Positions 9,811 to 19,758 of a stretch of DNA of 64,000 nt are shown here, in pieces. How positions within the stretch are numbered: the stretch's first letter is position 1; every line of letters begins with the position of its first letter. Below the pieces are notes generated by a model that saw only the letters and a program-made list of their open reading frames with translations, did no database searches and had not been told where the DNA came from. The DNA is taken from IMG/VR virus record IMGVR_UViG_3300046642_000603, positions 1-64,000 of that record; one strand, 5' to 3'. This stretch comes from a virus. Taxonomy: Duplodnaviria > Caudoviricetes. A program made the translations under genes and the position numbers.

Positions 9811-10027
9811 GCAACTGGCTCTTCCGTTCGAGGACGAGGTTTTGGTGGTTCTCTACAAACGAGAGGCCGAGTCCCGCAGCCTCCACGCGTACTGGGACGC
9901 ACTGGAGTACACCGTCCGCGTCCGCGTGAAGTCCCTCGGCTTCACCATCAAGCGCTCCAGCCGGGAGTCCTGGTACGAGGACGGGCGGCTTAATATCCAG
10001 CTCCGCGCAGAGGCGGAGCGCACCTGA
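9800..10027 (+). CDS. Hypothetical protein
   Basis: 75-aa ORF overlapping both neighbours. Confidence 0.5.
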   Translation: MQHEQLALPFEDEVLVVLYKREAESRSLHAYWDALEYTVRVRVKSLGFTIKRSSRESWYEDGRLNIQLRAEAERT

Positions 10028-10485
10028 TGGAACGGGGCGACATCTCCAACGAGGTCGTCCCGCGCTTGGTCATCGCGTACGAAGGCATGCTCGGCGTCCT
10101 GCCCGAGAAGCCCGAGGGGTACGTCACCGAGCTGGTCGCCCGCAAGTTCGGGCGCCGGTCTCGTCAGGCCAAGCGGACCGTGGACGCATACGAGATCAAC
10201 GACGCGCTGGCCCGGGTCATCTGGGACACCGTCTGGCGGTTCAAGTACTCGGTCGACGTCGTCACCTACCTCGGAGACGACGCCGTCGAGCCCCTGGAGG
10301 CCCGCCTGGACGCCGAGGGACTTCCCATCGGCCGGGTGTGGGCCACGACCCCGGAGCGGCTGGCCAGACGCCTGCCCTACATGCCGGACGTCGCCGCGAT
10401 CTTCGACAACGAACACCACCTGATCTTCGGCAGCAAGGGCCGTGCCCTGCCCGCCGCACCCACCACCCTCTTGGGAGCACTTTAG
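10027..10485 (+). CDS. HAD-fold-like hypothetical protein
   Basis: RLVIAYEGML resembles a degenerate HAD motif I; coupled start. Confidence 0.5.
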   Translation: MERGDISNEVVPRLVIAYEGMLGVLPEKPEGYVTELVARKFGRRSRQAKRTVDAYEINDALARVIWDTVWRFKYSVDVVTYLGDDAVEPLEARLDAEGLPIGRVWATTPERLARRLPYMPDVAAIFDNEHHLIFGSKGRALPAAPTTLLGAL

Positions 10486-11751
10486 ATGGCTGACTTCGAG
10501 CGGCTGCTCGTCTCCCGCGTCATCCAGGACAAGGACCTGGCCGTCGTCGCGGACGCGGGCGTCACTGCCGAGTTCTTCGGCGACCCGGACAACAAGGCCG
10601 TCTTCAAGGCGATCCTTCGGCACAAGGCCACCTACGGCGAGATCCCCAGCCTCGCCACCATCAAGACCGACTTCCCGATGTACCGGTTCGTCAAGGTCGA
10701 GGACAGCATGCAGGTGCTGACCGACCGGCTGCGTGAGCAGCACACCCTGGCGCTGCTGGAGCAGGGCCTGGCGGACTCGGTCGACGCCCACGAGGAGGGC
10801 AACGCAACCGGTGCGATGGAGGCGCTGGCCCGCACGCTGGCATCCATCGCCTCGGCCGTCCCCAACGCCCGCGACACCGACCTGACGGAGACCGGGCAGG
10901 AGCGCCTTGCGCGGTACCTCACGCTCAAGGACCTGCCCGACGGGCTCCGGGGTGTGCCGACCGGCTTCAACACGATCGACAGGGCCACCCAGGGCCTTCA
11001 GAAGGAGCAGTTGGTCACCTTCGTCGGCCCGCCGAAGGCCGGTAAGTCGACGCTGCTGTTGTTGGCTGCCATGGCTGCGCACCTTTACGGTGAGCGCCCG
11101 CTTTTCATCGGCTTCGAAATGTCGAATGAGGAGCAGGAGGAACGTTTCGACGCGATCCGTGCGGGGATTTCGCACGCCCGGCTGCGGAACGGAACTCTGA
11201 AGAAGGCGGAGTGGGACAAACTCGAAAGGGCCCTGCGGGAACTGGAGGCTATGCCTTCGTTCTTCCTGTCCTCGGACTCCATGAATGCGACGACGCTTAC
11301 CGGTGTGCAGTCGAAGATTGACGCCATTCGGCCGACGATCGTATTCGTGGACGGCATCTACATGATGCAGGACGAACTCGGCGAGGCTCAGGGATCCAGT
11401 CAGGCGCTTACCAACCTCACCCGAGGATTCAAGCGCATGGCGAAGAACCTTCAGATCCCTCTCGTCATTTCCACGCAGGTCCTGGAATGGAAGATGAACA
11501 AGAAGAAGGGGATCACCTCCGACTCGATCGGATACTCGTCCTCTTTCGCCCAGGACTCCGACGTGATTCTCGGTGTGGAATCCACGGAGGACGCGAACAT
11601 CAACAAGATCAAGGTCGTCCTGGCCCGTAACTGCCCGCCCCTGGAGACGTACTGCCAGTGGGACTGGGAGACCGGCAAGTTCGAGGAACTGAACGAGGAC
11701 CCGTTCGCCATGGACGAGATGAACACCGATGGCTATGTCGGATCCTTCTGA
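10486..11751 (+). CDS. dnaB: DnaB-like replicative helicase
   Basis: GVPTGFNTID, GPPKAGKS, FEMS, VFVDGIYMM, SSSFAQDSDVI. Confidence 0.9.
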   Translation: MADFERLLVSRVIQDKDLAVVADAGVTAEFFGDPDNKAVFKAILRHKATYGEIPSLATIKTDFPMYRFVKVEDSMQVLTDRLREQHTLALLEQGLADSVDAHEEGNATGAMEALARTLASIASAVPNARDTDLTETGQERLARYLTLKDLPDGLRGVPTGFNTIDRATQGLQKEQLVTFVGPPKAGKSTLLLLAAMAAHLYGERPLFIGFEMSNEEQEERFDAIRAGISHARLRNGTLKKAEWDKLERALRELEAMPSFFLSSDSMNATTLTGVQSKIDAIRPTIVFVDGIYMMQDELGEAQGSSQALTNLTRGFKRMAKNLQIPLVISTQVLEWKMNKKKGITSDSIGYSSSFAQDSDVILGVESTEDANINKIKVVLARNCPPLETYCQWDWETGKFEELNEDPFAMDEMNTDGYVGSF

Positions 11752-12028
11752 GCCCCGGCTGGTAGTCCTCGCCGGGAACTTCCGGGAGTTCCAGTTCTGG
11801 TGCAGGGAGAACGAACGCAATCCCCGTGACCGGAATCTGATATACGCCAGCGAATTCCACCGGCTGCGCGGCCTGGGAAAGTTCCGGTACATCACGTACG
11901 GAACCTGGTATTGGCGCCGCGACGCCTGGGAGATCAAGAACTACCTCGACTACCTGGTAAGGAGAGAGCAGTGCCCCGAGCAAAGGCCGGGTGGGACGCC
12001 ATTGGCAACCCCATCCCCGGAAACGTGA
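11729..12028 (+). CDS. Hypothetical protein
   Basis: Aromatic-rich 99-aa ORF between helicase and primase. Confidence 0.45.
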   Translation: MAMSDPSEPRLVVLAGNFREFQFWCRENERNPRDRNLIYASEFHRLRGLGKFRYITYGTWYWRRDAWEIKNYLDYLVRREQCPEQRPGGTPLATPSPET

Positions 12029-12936
12029 CAGCCTGCCTCGACACCCTCGAACTGGAATACAAAGTCCAGGGCGACGAGATTCATATGCCCTGCCCCATGC
12101 ACGAGCAGCGCACCGGAAAGAAAGACGCGCACCCATCCTTTTCCATAAACTACGACGAGGGATATTTCAACTGCTTCTCCTGCGGATACCGTGGCGCGTT
12201 CTGGGTCCTCGTCCGGGACGTCCACGAGATCTCCGAGGCCGACGCCAAGAACTGGGTCCGGCGCAGGGGAGGAGCGGAGAGGGTCCGGAAGTACCTGGAG
12301 AAGAAGAAGGAGCAGCGCGCCGACAAGGCCGACACGACGAAGCAGATCAATGAGGCGTCGCTGGCCCTGTACACCGTGCCTCCGCTGAGTGCCTGCGCCG
12401 AGCGGCTGTTCATGCCGGAGGACGCGGAGGCGTGCGGGGTGCTGTGGGATCCGGCCCGGGACATGTGGATCGTTCCGGTGCGCGACCCGGACACCGGGAT
12501 GCTGTGGGGCTGGCAGGAGAAGAACGCCCGGTACTTCCGCAACCGGCCGCCGGGCATGGCCAAGTCGAAGACGCTCTTCGGGCTGGACACCTACGACGAC
12601 GACGTGGCCGTGCTGGTCGAGTCGCCGCTGGACGTGGCCCGGCTGTGGGCCTGCGGGGTCAGGGGAGGGCTGGCGTCCTACGGCGCCGGAGTCTCCGACG
12701 CGCAGATGGACCTGATCCGCGACCACTTCGACACCGTCATCGTCGCCCTCGACAACGACGAGGCCGGAGCCGAGGCGTGCAAGCGGCTGCTGAAGGAGTG
12801 GACCGGCCGGGGCCTGACCCTCAAGTTCCTCGACTACTCCGTGGCCCCGCTCGCCAAGGACCCCGGCGACATGACCGCCGACCAGATCAAGGCCGCTGTA
12901 CGCGGCGCCTACTCATCCGTCGTTGCACGTTTCTAG
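11971..12936 (+). CDS. dnaG: DNA primase (CHC2 zinc finger plus TOPRIM)
   Basis: CPMH...HPSFSIN...FNCFSCG; VLVESPLD; IVALDNDEAG; KDPGD. Confidence 0.9.
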   Translation: MPRAKAGWDAIGNPIPGNVTACLDTLELEYKVQGDEIHMPCPMHEQRTGKKDAHPSFSINYDEGYFNCFSCGYRGAFWVLVRDVHEISEADAKNWVRRRGGAERVRKYLEKKKEQRADKADTTKQINEASLALYTVPPLSACAERLFMPEDAEACGVLWDPARDMWIVPVRDPDTGMLWGWQEKNARYFRNRPPGMAKSKTLFGLDTYDDDVAVLVESPLDVARLWACGVRGGLASYGAGVSDAQMDLIRDHFDTVIVALDNDEAGAEACKRLLKEWTGRGLTLKFLDYSVAPLAKDPGDMTADQIKAAVRGAYSSVVARF

Positions 12937-12945
12937 GAGACCGAC

Positions 12946-12990
12946 ATGACCCGGCTTAATACCTGCCCCCGCCAGGGGGACCACCGATGA
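12946..12990 (+). CDS. 14-aa mini-ORF MTRLNTCPRQGDHR
   Basis: AGGAGA RBS, ATG at 12946, ATGA overlap with 12987. Confidence 0.45.
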   Translation: MTRLNTCPRQGDHR

Positions 12991-13283
12991 AGGCACCCGA
13001 GGGCTACGAGCACCTGGGTGAGGACTTCTGGGCCCGCGTCGAGCCGGACCCGGACACCGACTGCCTCATCTTCCAGTCCACCGCGACGCGGCCGTACTAC
13101 CAGGGCAAGACTCTGCTGTCCTTCCTGACCGGCGGCGACGGCCGACAGAAGCACCGGGCGTGCAGGCGCCGGATGTGCGCCAACCCGGACCACATCCAGG
13201 ACGGGCACTTCGACATGGGGACGCCGTACGCCCGGCGCCCCCGGTCGAGTTCGCAGTTCGCCCGTCAGTACTCGCAGTGCTGA
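12987..13283 (+). CDS. Degenerate HNH (His-Me finger)-like protein
   Basis: FWARVE...CLIF...HRACRRRMCANPDHI resembles HNH_3 family. Confidence 0.55.
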   Translation: MKAPEGYEHLGEDFWARVEPDPDTDCLIFQSTATRPYYQGKTLLSFLTGGDGRQKHRACRRRMCANPDHIQDGHFDMGTPYARRPRSSSQFARQYSQC

Positions 13284-14917
13284 CCGTCGACCTCCACCCC
13301 TTCCAGGAGTCTGCGGCCGACAGGATGGTGGAGAGGGGCTGCCTTCTCGTTGCCTACGAGATGGGGCTGGGCAAGACCGTGCTGGCCCTGGCCGCCATCG
13401 AGGAGCTACTGGAGAAGGGGGAGGTCGAGACCGCCGTCATCGTGGTCCCGGCCAACCTCAAGTACCAGTGGGCCAAGTCCATCGCGAAACTCACCGACGT
13501 GCCGACCCGTGTGGTCACGGTGCGCGAGGACGGGCTGAAGCAGGAGATCACCGTCCCGACGGAGGAGTACTGCGTCCTGATCGACGGCGACGCGAAGAAG
13601 CGCGCCGGGCTGTACGCCAAGGTCAAGACGCTCCGGCCGGACTACGTGATCCTCGGCTACGAGAACGTCGTCAACGACTGGAACTTCGTCAGGAGGATCA
13701 AACCGGAGTGCATCGTCCTCGACGAGTGCACCGCGATCAAGACGTTCCGGGCCCAGCGCACCAGGAAGATCAAGCGGCTCACCGCGCCGTACCGCTTCGG
13801 GATGACCGGCACTCCGGTGGAGAACGGGAAGCCCGAGGAACTGTTCTCGATCATGCAGTGGGTCGACGACCAGGTCCTGGGCCGGTTCGACCTGTTCGAC
13901 AAGACGTACATCGTGCGCAACAAGTTCGGCGGGGTGCAGAACTACCGCAACCTGCCGGTGCTGCACGCCAAACTGGCCGAGGTGATGGTCCGCAAGACGC
14001 GGCTGGACGAGGACGTCCGGCCGTACCTGCCCGAGGTGCAGGAGTCGGTCATCCCGGTCGCCCTGGACGCCAAGACGAAGAAGGCATACCAGGCCATCGC
14101 GGGGGACCTGCTCGCCGAGCTGCGGGCGGCCGGGCCGACGATGGGTGACTTCGATCTGTTCGCGCACTACCACGGGGGAGAGGCGGGCAACGAGAACAGC
14201 CAGCAGGGCAAGATCATGTCTCGCATGCAGGCGCTGGACATGCTGCTGAACCACCCGGACCTGATCGTCATGTCCGGGCAGAGTTACGAGGAGAGCGAGG
14301 AGGCCCGGCAGCGGGGCGTGCAGAAGAAGGTGTGGCCGGGCTCGAAGTACGCGTACGAGGTGTGGCAGTCCGGCCTGCTCGATGACGTCACCACGGCCCC
14401 GAAACTGGACGCCGTGGCGGCTGCGGTCGAGGACATCATGGCGGTCCCCGGAAACAAGATCATCGTCTTCTCGGTCAACCCCGACATGCTGGACCTGATC
14501 GGTGACCGGCTGCCGGAGAACTCGTTCGTCACGTACACCGGCCGGATGTCCTCGGCGGCCAAGGCATATGCCGCCCAGCGGTTCGAGACCGACGAACAGT
14601 GTCGGGTGTTCCTGTCCAGCCACGCGGGAGCGTTCGGCACCGACCTGTACATGGCCAACTACCTGATCAACTACGACCTCGCCTGGTCGGCCGGGAAGCA
14701 GGACCAGATCAACGCCCGGCACAACCGAGCGAGCAGCCAGTTCAAGGACATCTACATCCTGAACGCCATCACGTCGGGCACCACCGAGCCACGCAAGCTG
14801 GCGATGCTGGCGCACAAGCGCAGGGTGGGCAGCGCCATCACAGACGGGCGCGGAGCCGACGAGAAGGGCCGGATCGAGAACGACGTCCAGACCCTTACGC
14901 AGTGCCTGGAGGCGTAA
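13277..14917 (+). CDS. SNF2-family helicase
   Basis: YEMGLGKT, VLDECTAIK, MTGTPVENG, LINYDLAWS, QINARHNR. Confidence 0.85.
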   Translation: MLTVDLHPFQESAADRMVERGCLLVAYEMGLGKTVLALAAIEELLEKGEVETAVIVVPANLKYQWAKSIAKLTDVPTRVVTVREDGLKQEITVPTEEYCVLIDGDAKKRAGLYAKVKTLRPDYVILGYENVVNDWNFVRRIKPECIVLDECTAIKTFRAQRTRKIKRLTAPYRFGMTGTPVENGKPEELFSIMQWVDDQVLGRFDLFDKTYIVRNKFGGVQNYRNLPVLHAKLAEVMVRKTRLDEDVRPYLPEVQESVIPVALDAKTKKAYQAIAGDLLAELRAAGPTMGDFDLFAHYHGGEAGNENSQQGKIMSRMQALDMLLNHPDLIVMSGQSYEESEEARQRGVQKKVWPGSKYAYEVWQSGLLDDVTTAPKLDAVAAAVEDIMAVPGNKIIVFSVNPDMLDLIGDRLPENSFVTYTGRMSSAAKAYAAQRFETDEQCRVFLSSHAGAFGTDLYMANYLINYDLAWSAGKQDQINARHNRASSQFKDIYILNAITSGTTEPRKLAMLAHKRRVGSAITDGRGADEKGRIENDVQTLTQCLEA

Positions 14918-15144
14918 CTTCCAGGATCTCACGAGGCACGTCGAGTGGTTCTAAACCCGTAATCGCATGGCACCATCAGGGTATGCGAGAAGAACCACTC
15001 GACGTGCTGCTCCGTGAGGGGCTTGACCACGTCATATGCCCTCCGGAGGAGCAGGAGGACTGGGATCTGACCCCCGTCCGCCTGGCGCTCCGTGGTGCCC
15101 CAGCCGACCGCTGGTGAAGTTGTAAACCGGATTCGGCGAATCCG

Positions 15145-15173
15145 TTGACAAGGGCATATGCGGAACGTAGAGT
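15145..15173 (+). promoter_or_regulatory. Host primary-sigma (HrdB-like) promoter
   Basis: TTGACA-N17-TAGAGT upstream of 15226. Confidence 0.7.
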
Positions 15174-15225
15174 CGTCCTCACGAAGCGTTGATCGAACGA
15201 AGGATCAAACCACGCAGGAGGACGC

Positions 15226-15591
15226 ATGACCACCATCGCGGAAGCCCTCGGCATCTCCTGGGGCAACGGTGCAACGGACGCCCCCGAGTACCGGCTGACC
15301 TACCACGCACAGCAGCAGGCCGCAGCCAAGGGCTGGACCAGCGCGCAGGTGCTGGAGGCCGCGAACCGCCCGCAGCACACCTCCCCTTCCAGCCGGTTCC
15401 CCGGCCAGCAGCGCCACGTCCGAGGCGAGATAGTCGCCGTCGTCGACCCGGCCGACCACCGCGTCATCACCGTCTACCAGGACGTCCGTGAGACCGGTCT
15501 GCGCACCGACCAGACCGACCGCGACGCGAAGCGCTACGCCACCCGCCTGGGTCAGCAGGTCCCGGCCGAGGTCGACGAAGTTACGTACTGA
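15226..15591 (+). CDS. DUF4258-like protein
   Basis: YRLTYHAQQQAAAKGW...VVDPADHRVITVY pattern; AGGAGG RBS. Confidence 0.55.
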   Translation: MTTIAEALGISWGNGATDAPEYRLTYHAQQQAAAKGWTSAQVLEAANRPQHTSPSSRFPGQQRHVRGEIVAVVDPADHRVITVYQDVRETGLRTDQTDRDAKRYATRLGQQVPAEVDEVTY

Positions 15592-15687
15592 GAAACACGT
15601 AATCTCGAATGGACAATCTCGAAGACGTAATGTAGAGTCGGACCTGCTCAACCGACCTACTACTCCGTAGAAAGAGAGCCCCGCTCT

Positions 15688-16164
15688 ATGGCTACCGTGC
15701 AGAGACGAGCAACCCAGCGCATCGAGCGCCCCATCTCCCTCAACCAGGCCGCCCCCTGGGAGAAGACCCGCCAGTTCCTGGCCCTGAAGTTCCAGGAGAC
15801 CGAGATCGTCACCCGCAAGAACAAGTTGCGCGACGAGGTCAGCGTCCACGTGGACGCCAACGGCGACATCGACGAGAAGGGCAGCAAGTTCTGGAAGTTG
15901 GACCCGCCCATCGAGGTCAACGGCCAGAAGTTCACCGAGGTCAAGCGTGAGCGCCGCGTCAGCGTGAACCTGGACGAAGAGGCCGTCGAGACCCTGGTCA
16001 ACGCCAAGGGGATCCGCGACCGGGTCTTCAAGCAGGTGACCCAGGAGGTCCTGGACCAGGACGAGTTGTACGTCCTCAACCAGGAAGGCGTCATCACCGA
16101 CGAGGAACTGGACGGACTGTTCACCGAGACCGAGTCCTTCGCGTTCAAGCCCATTCGCGGCTGA
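15688..16164 (+). CDS. Hypothetical phage protein
   Basis: Clean ORF with typical codon usage. Confidence 0.7.
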   Translation: MATVQRRATQRIERPISLNQAAPWEKTRQFLALKFQETEIVTRKNKLRDEVSVHVDANGDIDEKGSKFWKLDPPIEVNGQKFTEVKRERRVSVNLDEEAVETLVNAKGIRDRVFKQVTQEVLDQDELYVLNQEGVITDEELDGLFTETESFAFKPIRG

Positions 16165-16179
16165 TAGGAGACCCACCAC

Positions 16180-16650
16180 ATGAGCACCGTCGCAGACACC
16201 ATCGACCAGTCCTTCGCCGAACTCGGTGAGCAGTTCTACCCCGGCTCGACGCGCCCCCTGGTACGTCACCGCAACCGCCTTAATACCGAGGCCGCCGCGT
16301 CGGCGGCCGAACCCGGAGCATGGGACGCCAAGCCCCGTAAGTACGTCGTGGCCGGAGTCGAGACGGAGTTCTTCACCGTCGGCGACCTCGCCAAGGCGCT
16401 GGGACGGCAGCCCGTGACCATCCGGAAGTGGGAGCGCGAGGGAGTCATTCCCAAGAGCACCTACCAGTCCCCGGGCAAGGACGGAGACGTACGCGGCCGA
16501 CGCCGCCTGTACATCCGCGAGCAGGTCGAGGGCATGGTCCGCATCGCGCACGAGGAAGGCGTCCTCGTGTCCCACCAGAAGCCCATCAAGGGCACCCGCT
16601 TCACCGAGCGCGTCGTCGCCCTCTTCAAGGCCCTGGCGGGCGACGAGTGA
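16180..16650 (+). CDS. MerR-like HTH DNA-binding protein
   Basis: FTVGDLAKALGRQPVTIRKWEREGVIP...RRLY. Confidence 0.8.
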   Translation: MSTVADTIDQSFAELGEQFYPGSTRPLVRHRNRLNTEAAASAAEPGAWDAKPRKYVVAGVETEFFTVGDLAKALGRQPVTIRKWEREGVIPKSTYQSPGKDGDVRGRRRLYIREQVEGMVRIAHEEGVLVSHQKPIKGTRFTERVVALFKALAGDE

Positions 16651-16883
16651 GGATCGTCAAGAGCCAGAAGCACCACGTGTCCATGGGGAACTTCGAGTGG
16701 GTGGAGTTCGGCTACGAGGTCGACATCACCACCGACGACTTCCCCAAGGCACGCACCCTCGACGACCTGGACAAGGTCGCCACCGACCAGATCACCAAGG
16801 CCCTCGCGGCCGACATCGAGGAAGCCCGTCTCAACACGGGCGAAGCATCCTCGTACATCCATCTCTACCAGCAGGAGAACTGA
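16647..16883 (+). CDS. Hypothetical protein
   Basis: GTGA-coupled start, MRIVKSQKHHVSMGNFEW. Confidence 0.6.
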   Translation: MRIVKSQKHHVSMGNFEWVEFGYEVDITTDDFPKARTLDDLDKVATDQITKALAADIEEARLNTGEASSYIHLYQQEN

Positions 16884-17699
16884 ATGCCCCGCACCCTGAC
16901 CCGCCGCCGCACCGCCCGCGACACCGAGGCGTACTCCCCGGCCGACGAGCCCGAGGACGAGCAGGGCTACGCGGAGGAAGAGGACGAGGCCCCGGCCCGT
17001 GGCTCCCGCCGAGGCTCGCGCCGCAGCCTTAATACCGAGGAGGCCGACACCTCCCGACGCTCCCGCCGCGCCCCCGCGCGTGACGAGGACGACGACGAGG
17101 ACGACGAGCCCACGCCGAAGGTCGGCGGCCGTGGCTGGGGATCGTACGAGAAGACCAAGCAGGCGTCCTCCGGCTTCCCCGACAACTTCAAGGCGTCCAC
17201 CGAGTCCGTGATCGTGAAGTTCCTGGACGAGGAGCCGTTCCTGGTCTTCCTCCAGCACTGGATCGAGCGCTCCGGCAAGAAGTCATTCACCTGCCTGGAG
17301 AGCAAGTGCCCGCTGTGCGACGACGCGGGTGACAAGCCCAGCCAGCAGGTCTCCTTCAACGTCGTCGACTTCACCGACCCCGAGGACCCGCAGGTCAAGG
17401 TCTGGCAGGTCGGCCCGATGGTCGCGGACATCCTGAAGAACTACGCCAAGGACAAGAAGACGTCGCCGATCAACCGCGACGACCTCTACTTCTCCGTCCG
17501 CAAGGAGACCAAGAACAAGAAGACCAACTACTACATCACGCCGGTCAAGGAGCGTGACCTCCTCGACGACTGGGACATCGAGCCCCTGAGCGAGGACGAC
17601 CTGGAGACGTTCGACGCCAAGGCGTACGACGAGGACATCCTCCAGGTCACCCGGCGCACGGAACTCAAGGTCATCGTCCGCGAGATCCTGAACGACTAG
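16884..17699 (+). CDS. Single-stranded DNA-binding protein (gp32-like)
   Basis: KFLDEEPF...QHWI...TC...CPLCD pattern; acidic regions; next to the polymerase. Confidence 0.65.
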   Translation: MPRTLTRRRTARDTEAYSPADEPEDEQGYAEEEDEAPARGSRRGSRRSLNTEEADTSRRSRRAPARDEDDDEDDEPTPKVGGRGWGSYEKTKQASSGFPDNFKASTESVIVKFLDEEPFLVFLQHWIERSGKKSFTCLESKCPLCDDAGDKPSQQVSFNVVDFTDPEDPQVKVWQVGPMVADILKNYAKDKKTSPINRDDLYFSVRKETKNKKTNYYITPVKERDLLDDWDIEPLSEDDLETFDAKAYDEDILQVTRRTELKVIVREILND

Positions 17700-17710
17700 C
17701 AGCCTCCGAC

Positions 17711-17745
17711 GGGGAGGCTCCAGCACAGCGCTGGGGCCTCCCCCT
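17711..17745 (+). terminator. Hairpin/terminator
   Basis: GGGGAGGCTCCAGC-acagc-GCTGGGGCCTCCCC. Confidence 0.5.
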
Positions 17746-17778
17746 CAGCTTCCCCATCCACCACCACCGGAGCCCGCT

Positions 17779-19758
17779 GTGAAGATCCGCAACTCCGTCA
17801 TCCTCACCCCCGACCGACTTAATACCGTGGTCGAGCGCTTCATGGAGCGTCCGGCCTTCGCATTCGACATCGAGACCTTCGGCCCCAACCGAGGCGTCCC
17901 GACGCAGAACGTCGCCAACTGGCTCTCCCTGGCCTCCGACGGCATGGCCTACGCCATCCCCTTCGGGCACCCCAACGGCGACGTCCTGATCAGCAAGGCC
18001 ACCCGCAAGAAGAACCGGCTCACCAACAAGTTCGACGCCATCCCGGCCGTCTACGACGCCCCGCCGGAGCAGATGCTCCCGAGCGAGGTCTTCTCCATCC
18101 TCCGGCCGCTGTTCTTCGCCGAAGACAAGATCAAGATCGCGCATAACGCCACGTTCGACCTGATCTCCACGGCGAAGTACTGGGGCGAGATCTGCCCGCC
18201 GGAGTACAGCGACACCATCGTCCTTCAGTGGCTCCTCGACGAGAACATGAAGCAAAAGGGCCTGAAGGAGTTGATCAAGCGCTACTACAAGGTCGACTAC
18301 GACACCGAGAACGTCGGCAAGTGCGTCGAGGCCCACCCCTTCTCGAAGGTCGCCCACTACGCGTACATGGACTCCAAGTACACGTGGCTGCTCTGGAAGC
18401 GCTACCAGAACCAGATCAAGGAGCAGAACCTCACCCACGTCCGGCGCCTGGAGGAAGACGTCCTGGGGGTGCTGCTCGACATGGGCATCACCGGAGCACC
18501 GGTCGACGAAGCCGCGATGCGTGAGCTGGTACAGGACATGTCCGCCCGGCTCGTCGACATCGAGGCCGACATCTACCGGGCCGCAGGCAAGCAGTTCAAC
18601 CTGAACGCCCCGGCGCAGAAGGCCGAGGTGCTGTACGCCCCCAAGAGCGACGGCGGCCAGGGCCTCAAGCCGATGAAGCCCACCGACGGCGGCAAGAAGA
18701 AGCGCGACGCGGGCCAGACGCTGGAGTGGAAGGACTTCAGCACCGACTCCGACAGCCTGGAGAAGCACCCCAACAACCCGGTCGTCAAGAAGATGCTGGA
18801 GTACGCGGAAGTCAGCAAACTGCTCGACTACCCCATCGCGTACCTCGGTGTCGAGGACGACCCGAAGAAGCCGTGCCGGATCTTCAACGGCAGGATCCAC
18901 GCCGACTTCGTCCAGTACGGGACGGTGACCGGCCGGTTCTCCTGCCGCGAACCCAACCTCCAGAACATCCCCCGGCCCGACACCGACCTCGGCAAGCGGA
19001 TCCGTGGACTGTTCGTCGCACCGCCCGGCTACAAGCTGGTCGTCGCGGACTACGGGCAGATCGAACTCGTCGTGCTCGCGCACTTCATCGGCCGTGGCGA
19101 CCTCTACAAGGGGTTCCACAACGGCGTCGACCCGCACTCGGCGACGGCTGCCGCGCTGATGGGTGTGGACCCGCAGGAGTTCATGCGGCGGGTCAAGGAA
19201 GGCGACCGCACCTGCATCGACTTCCGCCAGGTCGCCAAGGGCATCAACTTCGCCGTCGTGTACGGCGCGGGCCCGGACAAGGTCGCCTCGATGGCAGGCA
19301 TCTCCGTCAAGGACGCCAAGCGGTTCATGGAGATGCACCAGAAGATGTTCCCGGAGATCTACCGCTTCAAGGAAGAAGTCATCCGAGTGTGCCGGTCGCG
19401 TCGGCCCGCACACATCCGCACCCTGCTCGGCCGCAAGCGGCGCCTGCCGCTCATCCTCAGCCAGAACAACGGCCTGCGGATGGGAGCCGAGCGCCAGGCG
19501 GTGAACTCCCTCATCCAGGGATCCGCCGCCGACCTGATCAAACTGGCCATGATCCGGCTGAACAGCGCACTGCCGGACGAAATGCGCCTGATCCTCTCCG
19601 TGCACGACGAACTCGTGACGCTCGCGCCGGAGGACCGGGCCGAGGAATGCGCCGACCTGGTTCGGGAAGCCATGCTCGGCGAAGGAATCCAGAAACTCCT
19701 GCGCGTCCCACTCTCGTCGGACGTGAAGATCGTGGACCGCTGGTCGGAGGCAAAGTAA
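17779..19758 (+). CDS. polA: DNA polymerase I family A (3'-5' exonuclease plus polymerase)
   Basis: FDIET, HNATFD, TGRFSCREPNLQNIP, ADYGQIELVVLAH, KGINFAVVYG, VHDE. Confidence 0.95.
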   Translation: MKIRNSVILTPDRLNTVVERFMERPAFAFDIETFGPNRGVPTQNVANWLSLASDGMAYAIPFGHPNGDVLISKATRKKNRLTNKFDAIPAVYDAPPEQMLPSEVFSILRPLFFAEDKIKIAHNATFDLISTAKYWGEICPPEYSDTIVLQWLLDENMKQKGLKELIKRYYKVDYDTENVGKCVEAHPFSKVAHYAYMDSKYTWLLWKRYQNQIKEQNLTHVRRLEEDVLGVLLDMGITGAPVDEAAMRELVQDMSARLVDIEADIYRAAGKQFNLNAPAQKAEVLYAPKSDGGQGLKPMKPTDGGKKKRDAGQTLEWKDFSTDSDSLEKHPNNPVVKKMLEYAEVSKLLDYPIAYLGVEDDPKKPCRIFNGRIHADFVQYGTVTGRFSCREPNLQNIPRPDTDLGKRIRGLFVAPPGYKLVVADYGQIELVVLAHFIGRGDLYKGFHNGVDPHSATAAALMGVDPQEFMRRVKEGDRTCIDFRQVAKGINFAVVYGAGPDKVASMAGISVKDAKRFMEMHQKMFPEIYRFKEEVIRVCRSRRPAHIRTLLGRKRRLPLILSQNNGLRMGAERQAVNSLIQGSAADLIKLAMIRLNSALPDEMRLILSVHDELVTLAPEDRAEECADLVREAMLGEGIQKLLRVPLSSDVKIVDRWSEAK

